Shown here: positions 14,972 to 30,835 of the stretch, one piece after another
How positions within the stretch are numbered: the stretch's first letter is position 1
Layout: each line of letters starts with the position of its first letter
Assembly (NCBI RefSeq): GCF_009914755.1
Contig: NC_060942.1
Origin: the human T2T-CHM13v2.0 reference genome, Homo sapiens
Direction: 5' to 3' (one strand)
DNA length: 64,000 bases
Made by a program: the position numbers and the translations under genes
The notes under the pieces: model-generated
The model's database searches: none
Seen by the model: the letters and a program-made list of their open reading frames with translations, nothing else
Told to the model about the DNA's origin: nothing

Positions 14972-15121
14972 TGAAGGAGTGAAGGACGTCCCATCCCAAA
15001 ATGTGTTGAATTGGTATACTGATTATTTCAAGTTACAAACGTTGGAGAAACTGTAGTTTCAGAAAGGGCTAACTGACCTGTCTCTTCCTACAGGCAGCAA
15101 ACCATAAGGATTCCTCTGGGA
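14972..15121 (+). mobile_element. ERV1 LTR 5' fragment (MER34-group-like), truncated at an Alu
   Basis: TGAAGGAGTGAAGGACGTCCCATCCCAAAATGTG...CTGATTATTTCAAGTT resembles starts of this LTR group. Confidence 0.5.
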
Positions 15122-15402
15122 GGCCGGCACGGTGGCTTACACCTGTAATCCCAGCATTTTGAGAGGCCAAGGCAGGCGGATCACTTGAGGCCAGGAGTTT
15201 GAGACCAGCCTGGCCAACATGGCTAAACCCTGTCTCTCCTAAAAATACAAAAAAATTAACTGGGCATGGCGGCACGCCCCTATAGTCTCAGCAGGAGAAT
15301 TGCTTGAACCCAGGAGGCAGAGGTTGCAGTGAGCCTAGATCGTGCCACTGCACTCCAGCATGAATGACAGAACAAGACTCAGTCTCAAAAAAAAAAAAAA
15401 AA
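15122..15402 (+). mobile_element. Alu (AluS) with small internal deletion
   Basis: Dimeric Alu with A-tail. Confidence 0.94.
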
Positions 15403-18400
15403 GCAGGAAAAAGAAATCCTGGATCCAGCCCCACCCTGGACAAGTACAAATCGTGGTTTGTACCTCTTTATTTTCATTCATTAGCTGTTTTTACACTAAT
15501 TCACTTAATGCCTGTATTAAAACCACATTATTGTAGGGTGGTAGGAGTGCAGTCCTCGTAAATTTGGAATCCCCAGGTTGGAATCCCCAGGATTATGTGT
15601 AAGTTCTGAGGGGGGCCTCACAAAGTGCTAAAATGTTTGGTCACTATAGGAGGCCATGAAGTGTTCATTCTTCATTCCTTCCTACCTCCCATCCCCCCAC
15701 CCTGGGCCCACTTGTGTCTCCACAGATGCCACAGCACTTGTGGGGGCACAGGAACCCCTTGCTGTTTGGGTGCCATCTTGTTCGTGGTCTGTTCAGGCTA
15801 GCACTCTAGCCACCTCTCCTGGTACTGCCCCCGGAGTGGGGGCACAGAGCCCCCCTCCAGCACCCACCAACAGCTCTGCTCTCCTCCCTTCCCCTAGCCA
15901 TCCCCTCCACTCCCTGGCCCAAGGGAGTTGTCTCTTACTCCAAGAGAAACCTCTCCTCAAATCCTATTCCACCAAATTCTTAACCTCTATCCCAAATCTC
16001 AGTTCTATCTGAGGCTTAGATTTTGCAAACCAAAGCGACTTCCTCTTTCTCTTGGACACCTTTTCACATCACTTCCTTGAGGCAATGACCTAGAGAAATT
16101 ACTTTAATGGAGTGGGGCAGAAGAGGGAAAGAAGATACTAATGGTAGGAGAGAGAGAAAAAACTTCGGTTAATATTTTTAAACACCACCACGTTGCATCT
16201 GCTATTACCTGATTTAAAATTGCAATGTTCTTAAATCTCAGATGACGACAGTGATTGAAAGAAAGATGCCTTCCCTGCAGGCTATTGTCCTTTATTCTCC
16301 CATCCTTAGTACTCTTTGTTTAACCCCAGCCTGGAAGTTTGCTTTACACTTTCACCCATAAGCCTGGACCCATTTTTACGCAACCACCTCTCTGTCCATT
16401 ATTCCACTTAGCCATTCTTCTGCCTACAGCTCTTCAGAGCGCTTAACATTTCATTAGGTGCTTCATCAGGAAGACAAGGAAGAAGTGAAGTATCTCAAAA
16501 TGACTGGCTTCGTTTGCCAATTTCTTTGTTTTGCACTAGAAAGCATTTCTGCAACTCAGTTGGCATATTCAAGCACAGTCAAGAGAAACTCCTCTTGTCA
16601 ATTCCAATTCCACTCCATTTACTGGCACACATAGTTGAATGGGCTGTTTAAGTGGGGTTGTTACCAAATGAAATGAATTTGAATTTGCATTACATATACT
16701 TTCAATTATTTATGGTTTGGGGTAACCCATATCAGTGACTTTTCCCCTCTACTCTCCTGAATCATCAAGAGAAAGCAGAAGGAAAAGTAACTCAGCACTT
16801 TTTGCAAGGTCTGATGGTGATTACTGCTTACTATGCTGAACTGATCTTCATTAAGAGCTTCGTATCAAGGCTTCTTCCCATAGCCTTTCAGACCTTTGAA
16901 GATCTTTGGGTCTAGGGCCACCACTCCATGGGGCCAGAAGAGACCAAATGTGATTGGAGAGGCCCTGCTAGATCCCAACTGTTCTACCCTCCTGAAATCC
17001 CCAATACTGAAGCTGCTTTTAAGGCTGCTTTCAGAAAAAAAGTCTTAATTAGACACTATTTGAGTAATTCTTTTACGGTTTAGGACATGGCCCTTTAAAG
17101 GCCACTGTTAAAATGTATTTTCGTGGCCTGCTTGCCATGAGGAGTCTCCCCTAATTTTCTCCCATTACCAGCTTAGTTAACCATCACCCAGGAAGGCTCA
17201 AAGTATCTGGCTCTTCAAGGGAGGGTTTCTGTGTAAATAACCTCAGGACTGTGTCCTTAATGGTGAAAGGATAGAGCTTGATATTCCATTATTAAACAGC
17301 ATATTAAGTTCATGCACAGACTCCGGAGAATGTGTACAATGGGACCTCAGCTTAGAACACAAACAAAAGGTCTAAGTCTTCAGTTAAACCTAGGAAGCTA
17401 AGCACAAAATAATCAAGTTAGGCATCTCTTCATTCCAGGTCTGGAGATAAACACATATTCTTAAACCAGTTCTTTTTTTATTTAATTCATTGTCATACAA
17501 CTCATTTCCAAAAAAGTTTATGCAAGCATTTTGGTGATTTTCTTAAGTCTTTTCTTACATAAAGAAGAGCCATATTGGAAAATCGCGGTGGTATATCATT
17601 AAAAAACAGATAGGAAATTATGAAGAACTGATATGGTAACTAAAAGTAGATTACAGAATAAAAGCGTAAAGAAAAGGAACATAAACAAAATTAAAGGGCA
17701 GCATTTGGAGGTCCGTTAATTGCGTGGTAATTGGGAGTCAAAGCAGAATCTATTTAGAATCCACAAGGCCTATTAGGAGTCCAGAGGACCAATAGCAAGT
17801 CAACCAAAATTAGGAAAAGAAATCAGATTTTAATTGTAAATAGAAGACTAATCATTAGCTGTTCCCTTTCCCTAGAGTAAGTCACGGATAGTTGCCTGAC
17901 ATTTTACATTTTACTTTAAGTACAAAGAAAAAATTACACAAGTGGCCTACTCATTAGCAGGTTTTCCTGCATTAGTGGCCATCATAAATGTAGCTAAAAT
18001 CCAAGGTTTAAAAACATCTTCTCAATTTCTTCCTAACAGCATACTTTCAAAATTGTCTTTTATTCACTCCAGGTCTACTATTGCAGACAGAAGACCCCAC
18101 TTTTCATACATACATAAGAGCGCACCCATGGCTTCAACCAAGTCACAGACCAATCAGCCGTACATTGAAAATCCAGTTAACTCCAACTTTCAGGAGTGTA
18201 ATTCACTGCTAAGAGGCAAAAAAACTGTTCAATAGCTGTCATGTTCATTTGGTCAAGGTAAATTAGGTCACCATAAGCCACGATTACACACATTATGAGA
18301 CAGGATCAAATGATCCTGAAATTGGTAACATCTTTTAATAACCATGCTTATTACATAGGAGTTAAATATGACCTTTAATACTTATTCTTGCTATAATATC

Positions 18401-18503
18401 TTTACCTATATTAGGGCTTCAATAGCCAAATACGTTAGAGTAGCCCATTGATGAGTTAGAAATGATAAATTATTACGGACATTGTTGAAATGACAGATTA
18501 TAC

Positions 18504-19400
18504 ACTAGTCCCCTTCTCGCTGCAGTTTTTTGTTTTGTTTTTTGAGACAGGATCTTGCTGTGTCACCCAGGCTGGAGTGCAGTGGCGCTATCATGGTTCA
18601 CTGTAGCCTCAGCCTCTTGGGCTCAAGCAATCCTCCCACCTCAGCCTCCTTTAGTAGCTGGGACTACACACGCATGCAACCATGCACAGCTAACTTTTTA
18701 ATTTTTTTGTAGAGACAGTCTCCCTATATTACCCAGACTGGTCTCAAACTCCTGGGCTCAAGCAATCCTCCCACCTTGGGCTCCCAAACTACTGGGGTGA
18801 GCCACTGCTCTCGGCCTTAACCACAGTTTTAATTTTCAAGGTTTCAGTGACCCACGGTCAAATGTGGTCCAAAAATATTACATCACTACTCTTGCACTTT
18901 GGGGCCTCTGTTAAGTAACATAAGAGTTACTTGAACAGTACAATAAGATATTTTGAGAGAGAGACACTACATTCATATAACATTTATTACAGTAGACTAT
19001 TATAATTGTTCTATTTTATTATTAGCTATTGCAGTTAATATCTTACTGTTCTTAATTTATAAATTAAACTTTATCATAGGTGTGTATGTGTAGGAGAAAA
19101 CATAGCAAAGGTTGAATATCCCTAATCTGAAATCCAAAATGCTCTAAAATCTGAAACTGTGAACACTGATATGATGCCCAAAGGAAATGCTCATTGAAAC
19201 AATTTGGACTTCAGATTTTCGGGCTGGGAATTCCAAACGTGTAAATACAATGCAAATATTCCAAAATTAAAAAATCCAAATTCAAAACACTTCTGTTCCC
19301 AAGAATTTTGGATAAGGAATACTCAACCTGTGTATATAGGGTTTGGGCATCCACTGGGGATCTTGGAACATACCCTCTTCAGTTAAGAGGGGACTACTAT
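18504..19400. mobile_element. MER44-type (Tigger7) DNA transposon interrupted by AluJ (18524-18815, minus) and Tigger4/MER46 (19107-19330)
   Basis: Outer TIRs TAGTCCCCTT ... AAGAGGGGACTACT; GGTTTCAGTGACCCACGGTCAA motif; inner element AGGTTGAATATCCCTAATC ... GGATAAGGAATACTCAACCTG. Confidence 0.8.
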
Positions 19401-19655
19401 ATTGAAAAGCAACCTTATTTGATTTTACTTTGATACCTCTATATTGTAAGATCTATATTGATCTATGCAGCTTCTAGGAACATTTCTATGGTATATAAAG
19501 GAAACAGAAATAGCTCTACTTTTTAAATTTCATTAAATATAGTATTATTAGTGTTAACTACTACTTCCTAAGTAGAGTTTTTAACTTTTTGTTTGACTTT
19601 TTTTTGTTTGGGCACAAACTTTATAACCCAAGGGCTCCATGTTACATAGTTTTTA

Positions 19656-20990
<1,335 letters not shown>

Positions 20991-21018
20991 ATGAATCTGC
21001 TGATAAAGTAAGAATTTA

Positions 21019-21338
<320 letters not shown>

Positions 21339-23220
21339 AGAAGCAAGAAGAAGAGAACAAATGCCTTGGTTTTCCAGCACTCCGAAAGCATACCACCACA
21401 GAATCAGGCAAGACATCAAGATGTTGAGGAAAAAATGACAAAGGAGACAAAAACTGGAAACTCCAATCGGGGTCAGAAATCTAAAAAGTGAAACACAGTT
21501 GTCCAGTATATAGTGATGAGAAACCTCCCCCAAAGTGACCTGAAGCACAGTCCAGGACCATATTTCTGTACACCTGATTGCCTCTGTGGCCGAATGGTTG
21601 CAAATGTTCCTGATGATAAAATGAGTTCTGGGCTGGACCCTAGCCCCTCTTGTCAAAGACTGGCACTTGTAGGTGACCCTCAGAAAGGGTAGGAGGGATT
21701 TCCCAGCTGTGGGCCTGATGGATTCAGCTAGGTCTGTGGAAGTAATAGGAAGAATGAGAAAGGATGTTTATGTACCAAAAAAGGAATAAAGCATAGGCTG
21801 TCTCTGTTCATCTATCCTTGGCCAAACTGGTATAATTCTTGACGGAATTTTAATTAGTCAAGTAGAGGAGAATTAGAATGAGTAAGCAAAATTTAGCACA
21901 TTATGCAAATGGTTTCAAATAAATTCCTAAAAAAGTGACCCCAAATATTTCACTGAAAGAGACACAAATCTCTGAAATGAAGTAAATTTGCTGTTGAATT
22001 TCTGGAGTGAACGCTTTGAGGAGAGGGCTTGTCCCTAGAAAATCTCCAGTTGCTACCACTTCCCAAAGGACACCTCCCCGTAGACCACTGAGCAAGGTTA
22101 TATTGTGAAAGACTCAGACTGAGGAGAGGGCTACAAAGAGGGCTACAAGCTCTTCAAATTATCACCAGGCCTCTCAGCTCTGCCTGTTAGAAGGTTAATC
22201 CTAATTCCTGTAAATGAACCAGATTTGAAAATAGGTGCTTATGAACGGAATCGGCCCCAATGCCACAGCTCACAAAGCAGCCAGGCGAGTAGCCTGTTCA
22301 GCTCACCATTCAATGATAATAGGTTTACCAAGTGAAATAAAGGCTAGGCTGGGGATAGGGGAGAGTATTTTACCCTGTTTGACCTCTTAGGAAAGTCACC
22401 CAGTGTGTCCTAGGGGAAAAGAGCTGATAGGAGAGAAATACAGACATGCTCTCTTATCTGGGTTAATAATCCCTTGTTACAGAACCAAAATAGAAAAAAT
22501 AGATTCTGATGACTTTCGTGATTGTCTTATTTGTTTTTATTTTATGTACTGCAGTGGGGCAGTGTTAGCCTAGTTCTCCTGCTCACTCTCCACTACTGGA
22601 ACACAGCGCTCTGCAACTGAACCCAACCCACAAACACTTAAAGGAGCAGCATCAATTCTTCCAAATTTCTTCCAGCTCATATCCCTGAAGGCACCCTGTG
22701 TCCCCACAGACCACATACACACACAGGCATGCCCAGAATTCTGGACAGCCCTTCTCAGTGAGAGGTTGGGTGGGACAGACTTAGGTGGACTAAACTGGGG
22801 AGATCTAAAGTACAGCATTGCATTACATTGTTTGTTTTACCAACCCCACAATTCTGCTTTTAAGAAATATTTAAGTCAATCTATCTGTGCAAAGAGAAAA
22901 ATTATACGGGTTATTAATTCTGTTTATGCCTTTTTACATAAAGATCATTGGGTTTTCAGACCACTGGTTCTGCACACACATATACACATCACATTTTAGC
23001 AGCCTGCATGAGCTCCTTTGCAAATGTTAATGTCTCCTTCTTAATGGGAATTCTTGTAATGAATGTGTGTATGTATGTATGTATGTGTATATATATATAC
23101 ACATATATATATATATAAGTACTATATACAGTGGATGAGCAAAGTTTACTCTTCTGATTCCCATCACCTAATCAAAAATAGAATACAAGTACATTATTTT
23201 AAACACGTACAAAATTTTAA

Positions 23221-23786
<566 letters not shown>

Positions 23787-26019
23787 TAGGATTGATGTAC
23801 CTTGTTATTCAATCATCCCCTATTTTTGGATATTTAAGTTGTTTCCAATATTCATTATCATTAGTCAAATTGTATTGAACATCCTTTTATCTTTACTTAA
23901 ATCCAGAATTATTTCCTTAGGGTAAAATCTTGTAAATCAAATTGCTGAGTCATTGGGATTAAGCAATTATTAAAACTTTCTATATTTTGCAAAATTGCCT
24001 TTCAGAAAGATTATACCAATTTAAATTCCCACCAGCAGTGTATCAAAGCGCATATTTTCCCACTTACCAACAGTGGGTTTCCTATTATTTTGACTTTCTG
24101 TCTTTTGGGAATAGGACTTGTTCTGACCATGTTCTCTAAACTAGTAAATTAACAGCATTATTAGAGTTAAACATATTCCCATGATGTCTTTCGTAAACCT
24201 GTCAGGCCAAACTAGCCATCAACATATTAAATTTGATCATTGAGCCACTGTTCTAACGTGGCTCCCAGACCCTCAGTTCCTGTGGCTAGTCTGTTCCTTT
24301 TCATCCACACGAAATGTTTCTGATTGGATATCTAAATGCTCTTAAGTAAAAATAAAGATAATTTCAAACAGTTGGGGATAAAGATTCCAAATATGGTTCT
24401 ATAAAAGGTAATGAGGTTTTGAATTGTAAACTCTCAATTGAAGAGAGAGTGTTCTGTGATGACTGTGATGCTCGCGGGAAGATCTAAAGAGTAAACAGCT
24501 CAGATCCCTGAACGGACCTCTGCGGAATGAAAGCTGGGTAAGAGCTAGCAGGAGTGAACAGAACAATATCAGAGTAAATAGACTGTACCGATTCCAGGAG
24601 ATAAGATTGATAAAATCCAGCATAGTGCTAATATATCCCACCCACATAGTCGTATGAATAGGATTAGCTTATGGAAATGTGCAACCTAATATATATATAT
24701 ATATATGCATGCTATGTCAGGCCATGGAAGCGGGCTTTTTTAATGTAATGAACAAAATATCTCTCTAAGGAATCTTCCTAACCCTGGATCTAAGCCTGGT
24801 AGAACAATATAAAACGGGATGTACTGAAAATAATTGTTTAACTAGCACTGCTAGTACACATAAAGTTAAAACCCACACCCAATTTTATCATCTAAAACAG
24901 CGTGAAACTCAATAATTACTATGAGAGGTAACACCTAGAAATGTTTGACAGGGAAACCCATTATTGCTGTGTAAGGCTGCCACCTGGCCTCCTCCTCGTC
25001 AGCCAAAGGAGTAAATGAGTCCCCAAATGCTTAGGGAAAGCTGACACGCTGAACTAATCTTTCATTTATTGATTTGCTAGCTCACTGAAAAAAAGTAGTA
25101 TATCAATAAATGGCTTTACTTAAGAAGTTAAGGTCCAAGAAGAAACAATGAAGATTTGCTGGAATATATTGAGTACAACAGAGTTTATAGAAAATGAAAT
25201 CAAGGGCTTCTGGGAGAAAATTGATGTCTGGTAAGCACATAAGAGCATCAAACAACATAAACTTTAAGATCAACAAACCTTAAGATCTACTTTATAATGT
25301 CCTTCCTTTTTTCTGCCATCTTATTTGTATGAAATAAAAAACAAAAACAATAAACTGGGAATTTTCAGATAAATCAAATTAAGAGCAGTAAGCGGAATGA
25401 ATAATTTAGAACGCTAGGATCCAGTAAAATATGATTTCCTAACTTAGGACTTTATGCTTAATTATAATGATCAATTAAAGAAATCTCTGTATGAAAATTA
25501 AAAATAGGGAACCCTAAAATGATAAAACTAAAAAGGAAAGTAAAAGAGAAAAGGCAATGATGTAAAATTAAAATAATCCTTAATTCTGAAGATGAAAATG
25601 GTCCCTGAACATACTTAAATTACTTCTCGGCTCTTGCAGTCTTATATTACTCTTTCATAAGAAGAAATTGTAAAATTTCCCTTTACACTAACAGAAAATG
25701 TTGCTGAAGCACATTTTTTTAGTGTCTGAAACATGACATATTACTAATTTCGGGGTTGTATAAAACTATTTCTTAATAAACATGGAAAGTTCATTTTGAA
25801 TAAAATGCTAAATAAATTAAATAAGTATATGTAGTAAAATATTTTGGATGTTTTGAGTAATGAAGAGAAGACAGTCCCATGATGTTATTCCTCAAAACAG
25901 TTACTAACATTTTTGTGTATTTCTAATATTTTTAATTTGAATTAATGTTTATTATGCAGTTGTTATAGGGCACATAAAAAATTGTGTATCTTCTTTTCAT
26001 TAAATAGCATATTAAAAGG

Positions 26020-27791
<1,772 letters not shown>

Positions 27792-27944
27792 CATCAGAAG
27801 CATTTTAAATGTTACTGTGTGAGAGCTACCAAATGGTCTTGCCATTGCATTTTAATTTTTAGTATTTTTGTTGGACTTCTGAATTACATTTATGCATTGC
27901 TACACTATAGAAACCATCGTGATAAACATCTTAATGTATATTTT

Positions 27945-28447
27945 TTGTGCTAGATTGATTGCCAAAATGGCTAGCTGTGTTTCCCCTTCCTGTGCCCATG
28001 CCCTCTTGCCATGTAACTACCAGTGCCCTCCCATTCTGATTCTGAGCTCAGCCATGTGGCTTGCTTGGCAAATGAGATATTAGCGAAACTTGAGACATAC
28101 AAGTGCTTTCACATTGGGGTTTATTCCCCTGCTGCTCCTGGGAACTGTCACCATATGAACAAGTGTGGACTTGCTTGCTGGTTCATGAGACACATAGCTT
28201 AGTTGCTCCCATACCTTCTGCAGACCTGCCAATCACCAGACTTGTGAGTAAAGCCATCTTAGATCATGCAGTCACCAGCCAACACACCACTGAACACAGA
28301 TTTGGACAAACCTAGCTGAAACTGGCAGAGCTAGCCTTGACAAGGAGAAATACCCAGTGACCACAGAATCATAAGCCAAATAAATGTTATTGTTTCGGCC
28401 ACTTGGTTTTGAAGTGGTTTTTTATATAGCAAAATTCAAGTGATACA
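27945..28447 (+). mobile_element. MLT1 (MaLR) LTR
   Basis: GCCATGTGGCTTGCTTGGCAAATGAG ... AATAAATGTTATTGTTTCGGCCAC...TGATACA, typical MLT1 3' end. Confidence 0.75.
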
Positions 28448-28648
28448 GGCTTTGTCTATATTTCCTTATGCTACTTTCTCAGAAATATATTTACTTGACC
28501 CCGGGGGCAAGAACATTGACTATTCTTTAATTATCACCTTCAGTGATAATAAATTATAAGAAACACCTACTTTCTCAACATTCGGTAGCCCAAGAATGCA
28601 TTAGCCTTTAAGTAAATATTATCTGAATGGTTTCCACAGTCTTAGAAA

Positions 28649-29252
28649 GTTTTTTTTCAACTTTTATTTTAAGTTCAGGGGTACATATGCAGGATTTGCA
28701 GGTTGTTACATATGTAGGTAAACGTGTGCCATGATAGTTTGCTGCACGGATTATCCCATCACCTAGGTATTAAGTCCAGCATCCATTAGTTATTCTTCCT
28801 GATGCTGTCCCTCTCCTTACCGCACCGCTGCCCCCGCAACAAACCCCAGTGTGTTGTTCCCCTCCATGTGTCCATGTGTTTTCATTATTTGATTTTCTGT
28901 TCCTGCATTAGTTTGCTGAGGATAGTGATTTCCAGCTCCATCCATGTCCCTGCAAAGGACATGATCTCATTGATTTTTATGGTTGCATAGTATTTCATGG
29001 TGTTATATGTACCACATTTTCTTTATCCAGTCTTTCATTGATGGGCATTTCGGTTGATTCCATGTCTTTGCTATTGTGAATAGTGCTGCAATGAACATAC
29101 GTATGCAGGTATCTTTATAATAGAACGATTTATATTCCTTTGGGTACATACCCAGTAATAGGATTGCTGGGTCAAATAGTATTTCTGCCTCTAGGTCTTT
29201 GAGGTATCACCACACTCTCTTCCACAATAGTTGAACTAATTTACACTCCCAC

Positions 29253-29284
<32 letters not shown>

Positions 29285-30592
29285 CATTCCTTTTTCTCTA
29301 TAACCTTGCCAGCATCTGCTGTTTTTTGACTTTTTAATAATAGCCATTCTGACTGGTGACAGATGGTATCTCATTGTGATTTTGATTTGCATTTCTCTAA
29401 TGATTAGTGATGTTGATTTTTTTCATGTTTGTTGGCCACATATATGTCTTCTTTTGAGAAGTGTCTGTTCATGTCCTTTGCCCACTTTTTAATGGGGTTG
29501 TTTTTTTCTTGTAAATTTATTTAAGTTCCTCATAGATTCCAGATGCTATACCTTTGTCAGATGGATAGATTGCAAAAATTTTCTCCCATTCTGTAGGTTG
29601 TCTATTCACTCTGATGATAGTTGCTTCTGCACAGCAACTATCCCACTTGTCAATTTTTGCTTTTTTTTTTGCAATTGCTTTTGGCATTTTTGTCATGTTT
29701 AATTAAATCCCACTTGTCAATTTTTGCTTTTGTTGCAATTGCTTTTGGCATTTTTGTCATGAAATCTTTGCCCATGCCTATGTCCTGAATGGTATTGCTT
29801 AGATTTTCTTCTAGGGTTTTTATAGTTTTGGGTTTTATATTTAAGTCTTTAATCCATTGAGTTAATTTTTGTATATGGTTTAACCAAGGGGTCAGATTTC
29901 CGATTTCTGCATATAGCTAGCCAGTTATCCCAGCACCATTTATTAAATAGGGAGTTCTTTCCCCATTGATTGTTTTGGTCAAGTTTGTCAAAAATCAGAT
30001 GGTTGTAGGTGTGTGGTCTTATTTCTGAATTCCTTACTTTGTTCCATTGGCCTATGTGTCTGTTCTTGTATCAGTACCATGCTATTTTGGTTACTTTAGC
30101 CTTGTAGTATAGTTTGAAGTCAGGTAGCATGATGTCTCCAGCTTTCTTCTTTTTGCTTAGGATTGTCTTGACTATTTGGGCTCTTTTTTGGTTCCATATG
30201 AATTTTAAAATAGTTTCTAATTCTGTGAAGGATGTCAATGGTATTTTAATGTGAATAGCACTGGATCTATAAATTACTTTGGGCATTATGGTTATTTTCA
30301 TGATATTGATTATTCCTATCCATGAGTATGGAATGTTTCTCCATTTGTTTGTGTCCTCTCTGATTTCTTTGAGCAGTGGTTTGTAGTTCTCCTTGAAGAG
30401 GTCCTTCACTTCCCTTGTTAGCTATATTCCTAGGTATCTTATTCTTTTTGTAGCAATTGTTAATGGGAGTTCATTCATGATTTGGCTCTCTGCTTGCCTG
30501 TTGTTGGTGTATAGGAATGCTAGCGATTTTTGCGCATTGATTTTGTATCCTGAGACTTTGCTGAACTTGCTTATCAGCTTAAGAAGCTTTTG
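28649..30592 (-). mobile_element. L1PA/L1PB-type LINE-1, 5'-truncated (~1.9 kb)
   Basis: ORF 30071-30409 ([22 protein letters not shown]...[10 protein letters not shown]...WY) and ORF 29207-29392 match ORF2p; L1P 3'UTR at the left end. Confidence 0.95.
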
Positions 30593-30659
30593 CCAGACCC
30601 TATTTTGATCCTAATTTTATTTATCTTGGCTTGGGTAGTAAAGTAAAGGTGATTTAGGA

Positions 30660-30835
30660 CACAAGTTTACATTCATTCTATATTGAAATAATAGTATTTT
30701 GGATATTTTGAGTTAAAACATATTAAAATTAATTTCACCTATTTTTTATTTTGTTAATGTTTGTAATCAGAAAAATTTAACATATGGCTCAGGTTTGTGG
30801 CTGCTATTATATTTCCATTGAACACTGTTGCCCTA
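30660..30835. mobile_element. MER3/MER33-like hAT fragment
   Basis: TTAAAATTAATTTCACCT...GTGGCTGCTATTATATTTCCATTGAACACTG. Confidence 0.6.

Noticed and set aside
15564-15591. 14-bp tandem duplication TTGGAATCCCCAGG x2 (similar ones near 11731, 22125, 52756 and 54151)
   Set aside because: Ordinary slippage micro-duplications with two copies only; not an array and not CRISPR-like.
23943-23953. Perfect ARE/NF-E2 motif TGCTGAGTCAT
   Set aside because: Single motif in AT-rich, decayed L1-like sequence with no supporting context.
25133-25230. Open 98-nt segment (VQEETMKICWNIL...EKIDV) ending in a GTAAGC donor
   Set aside because: No polypyrimidine acceptor, no recognisable protein and no partner exons.
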